64,000 bases of DNA from Leucoraja erinacea (Eukaryota). Below are positions 62,311 to 64,000 of the stretch, piece after piece. Made by a program: the position numbers and the translations under genes. Location: the NCBI RefSeq assembly GCF_028641065.1, contig NC_073406.1, positions 8,184,001 to 8,248,000 of the forward strand. Reading direction: 5' to 3'. A model generated the notes under the pieces. That model was not told the origin of the DNA. It did not search any database and was given only the letters and a program-made list of their open reading frames with translations. Numbering within the stretch: the first letter of the stretch is position 1; the number at the start of each line of letters is the position of its first letter.

Positions 62311-64000
62311 TCCTGTATTTTTAACATGTGTAGATGGGGCCACGGTGCAGGATTTCACGATGGCACTCCAACAGCACGACACGGGGAGAGACAGCCTGGA
62401 TACTTCTGAGCTCTGGTTAGTGTTTGCCTCCCTGGATACAGATGTTACTGTCAGGGAAACATAATGAAAAGGACTTTGGAAACAAAAGCTGCCGTAAACA
62501 CAGGAAGAGCGGATTCTCCAGAGACCCAGGTACAATAACACCCGTCCATATTTCCATGGCTTTCTTGAACTTATGCACTGCATTATTAACGAGTAACAAT
62601 TTTACACAGTTTTATCTCTTACATTACTTCCTCACTAATGTTTGTTGAAATTGCCACAGCTCAAAAACCATCGGCTTTGATTTTGAATTTGTGTAACAGG
62701 TGAAAGTAAATTAGAAACCTGACTGTCATTGTCTGATATAACTTGTTTTCTGTATCGGTCTGTGTGAACGAGGTGTAACAGTCTGCAGAATCATTTCACA
62801 CATTCTGCACGATTGCACTGGTGGGATGAACCCATTCTTCAGGTGACTTTCACAGTCACCAGTGAATCCTGGTTGAGAATGGCGGCTATCTCCTCACACC
62901 AGAGGGGGCAACACCTTCTTGTGATATCTTCCTGTGCACCCTTTTAAAAACGTCTCAGCTACGTGGCTTCAATGTTGTACTGAAGTGTGGCTTTGCTGCC
63001 AAAGTATGGCCCACATCAGAGGTGTGTTCTTTCAGTTGGGGCATCTAACACCCCCTGCCTGCTCTTTCAGGTGGATGTAATTGATCCCATGTCACTCCTT
63101 AGTAGAGTGAAAGGCCAATGCTTATCGTTCAATCAATATGTTTAGTCTTTGTTGTTTCAGCACAATGCTGCCTGTGGGCAGTTGCTGTGTATAGATCTCA
63201 TGTCCTGATCCTGCATTACAACAGTAACGGGAAAAAGTGATTCAATGGTTACCTGGAGATCACAAAAAAACACCACGTGAGTCTGACACAGACATGCTTC
63301 AAAGGTAATTTATTTGTCACATGCAACTGCAGGGTGAAATTCTTTTTGCATATATTACACATGCAGACGTTGCCATTTTTGACGCCATTATTCAAAGTCC
63401 AATCGGCCCGCCGCACGGTCTATTGGAGCAGTTCCCGCAAACACACGTCCCTCTCCTCGCCCGGCCATCTTTTTGTCCCGTGGGCGTTTCCTGCAGCTGA
63501 CCTTGAAGGCGCTGGTGGCATTAACCCGGTTCACCTTCCGGTGTTGTTTCATTCTATGGTGCCGAGCAATTCTAACGTACTTAGCTTTACTCTGCAGAGG
63601 CCAATTCTTTATCACAGCACTTCAGCCAACATTCACAACCAACGTGTTTTGAATTCCTGCAATAGGGTTTTACATTCATTTTGCTATTTAGTTGAGATGG
63701 TGGTTCATGATGTCCTAACACTGACCTTGACAGAGCTCCTTCATGCAATTATTACCATTTTAATTATACATATTTTTAGAAAAATGAGAGAAAATACTGG
63801 AAACTGGGGTGGCACTTTTCAACATTTTCAAATTTAATTTCAGAATTCCAGCTTTCACGATGTTTCGCCTCTACATTGTTGGAATTCCTTTTCCAAATAC
63901 ACTTTGGTCCTTTTCCACTCAAACTCAATCATATTGTGTGGTGTTTCTCTGGCACATTACCAGCCTATTGTTAGTGTCTGCACTCAGAGAGTGATAGGAG

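Noticed and set aside
63277-63837. 186-aa ORF / GC-rich patch as the start of the next gene
   Set aside because: No recognisable protein or splice structure; it begins in what looks like a minus-strand retroelement tail (tttatttgtcacatgc).

Overview
Eukaryotic (vertebrate) genomic DNA. The HE1-type V-SINEs, HER1/CR1 LINE tails and Penelope-derived foldbacks point to a cartilaginous fish, probably a skate or ray (inference). The window holds the 3' half of CAMTA1 (calmodulin-binding transcription activator 1) on the + strand. Ten constitutive-looking coding exons (ankyrin region to IQ motifs) join in frame through GT-AG junctions. They are accompanied by a 21-nt LTWIALK microexon, a 31-nt frame-switching exon, a terminal exon readable in two frames and a roughly 4.8-kb 3' UTR. 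A further 22/16-nt microexon candidate lies deep in the last intron. The introns and flank carry CR1, L2 and Rex-type LINE tails, SINEs, and hAT- and Harbinger-type MITEs. They also carry about 13 copies of a short Penelope-derived element that reaches into a minimal hammerhead-ribozyme motif and often forms a foldback. These copies have long target duplications (11-44 nt), re-insert at the same sites and sometimes capture local sequence. Almost all other ORFs in the track are spurious or repeat-derived. Homology statements come from recalled sequences, not from searches.
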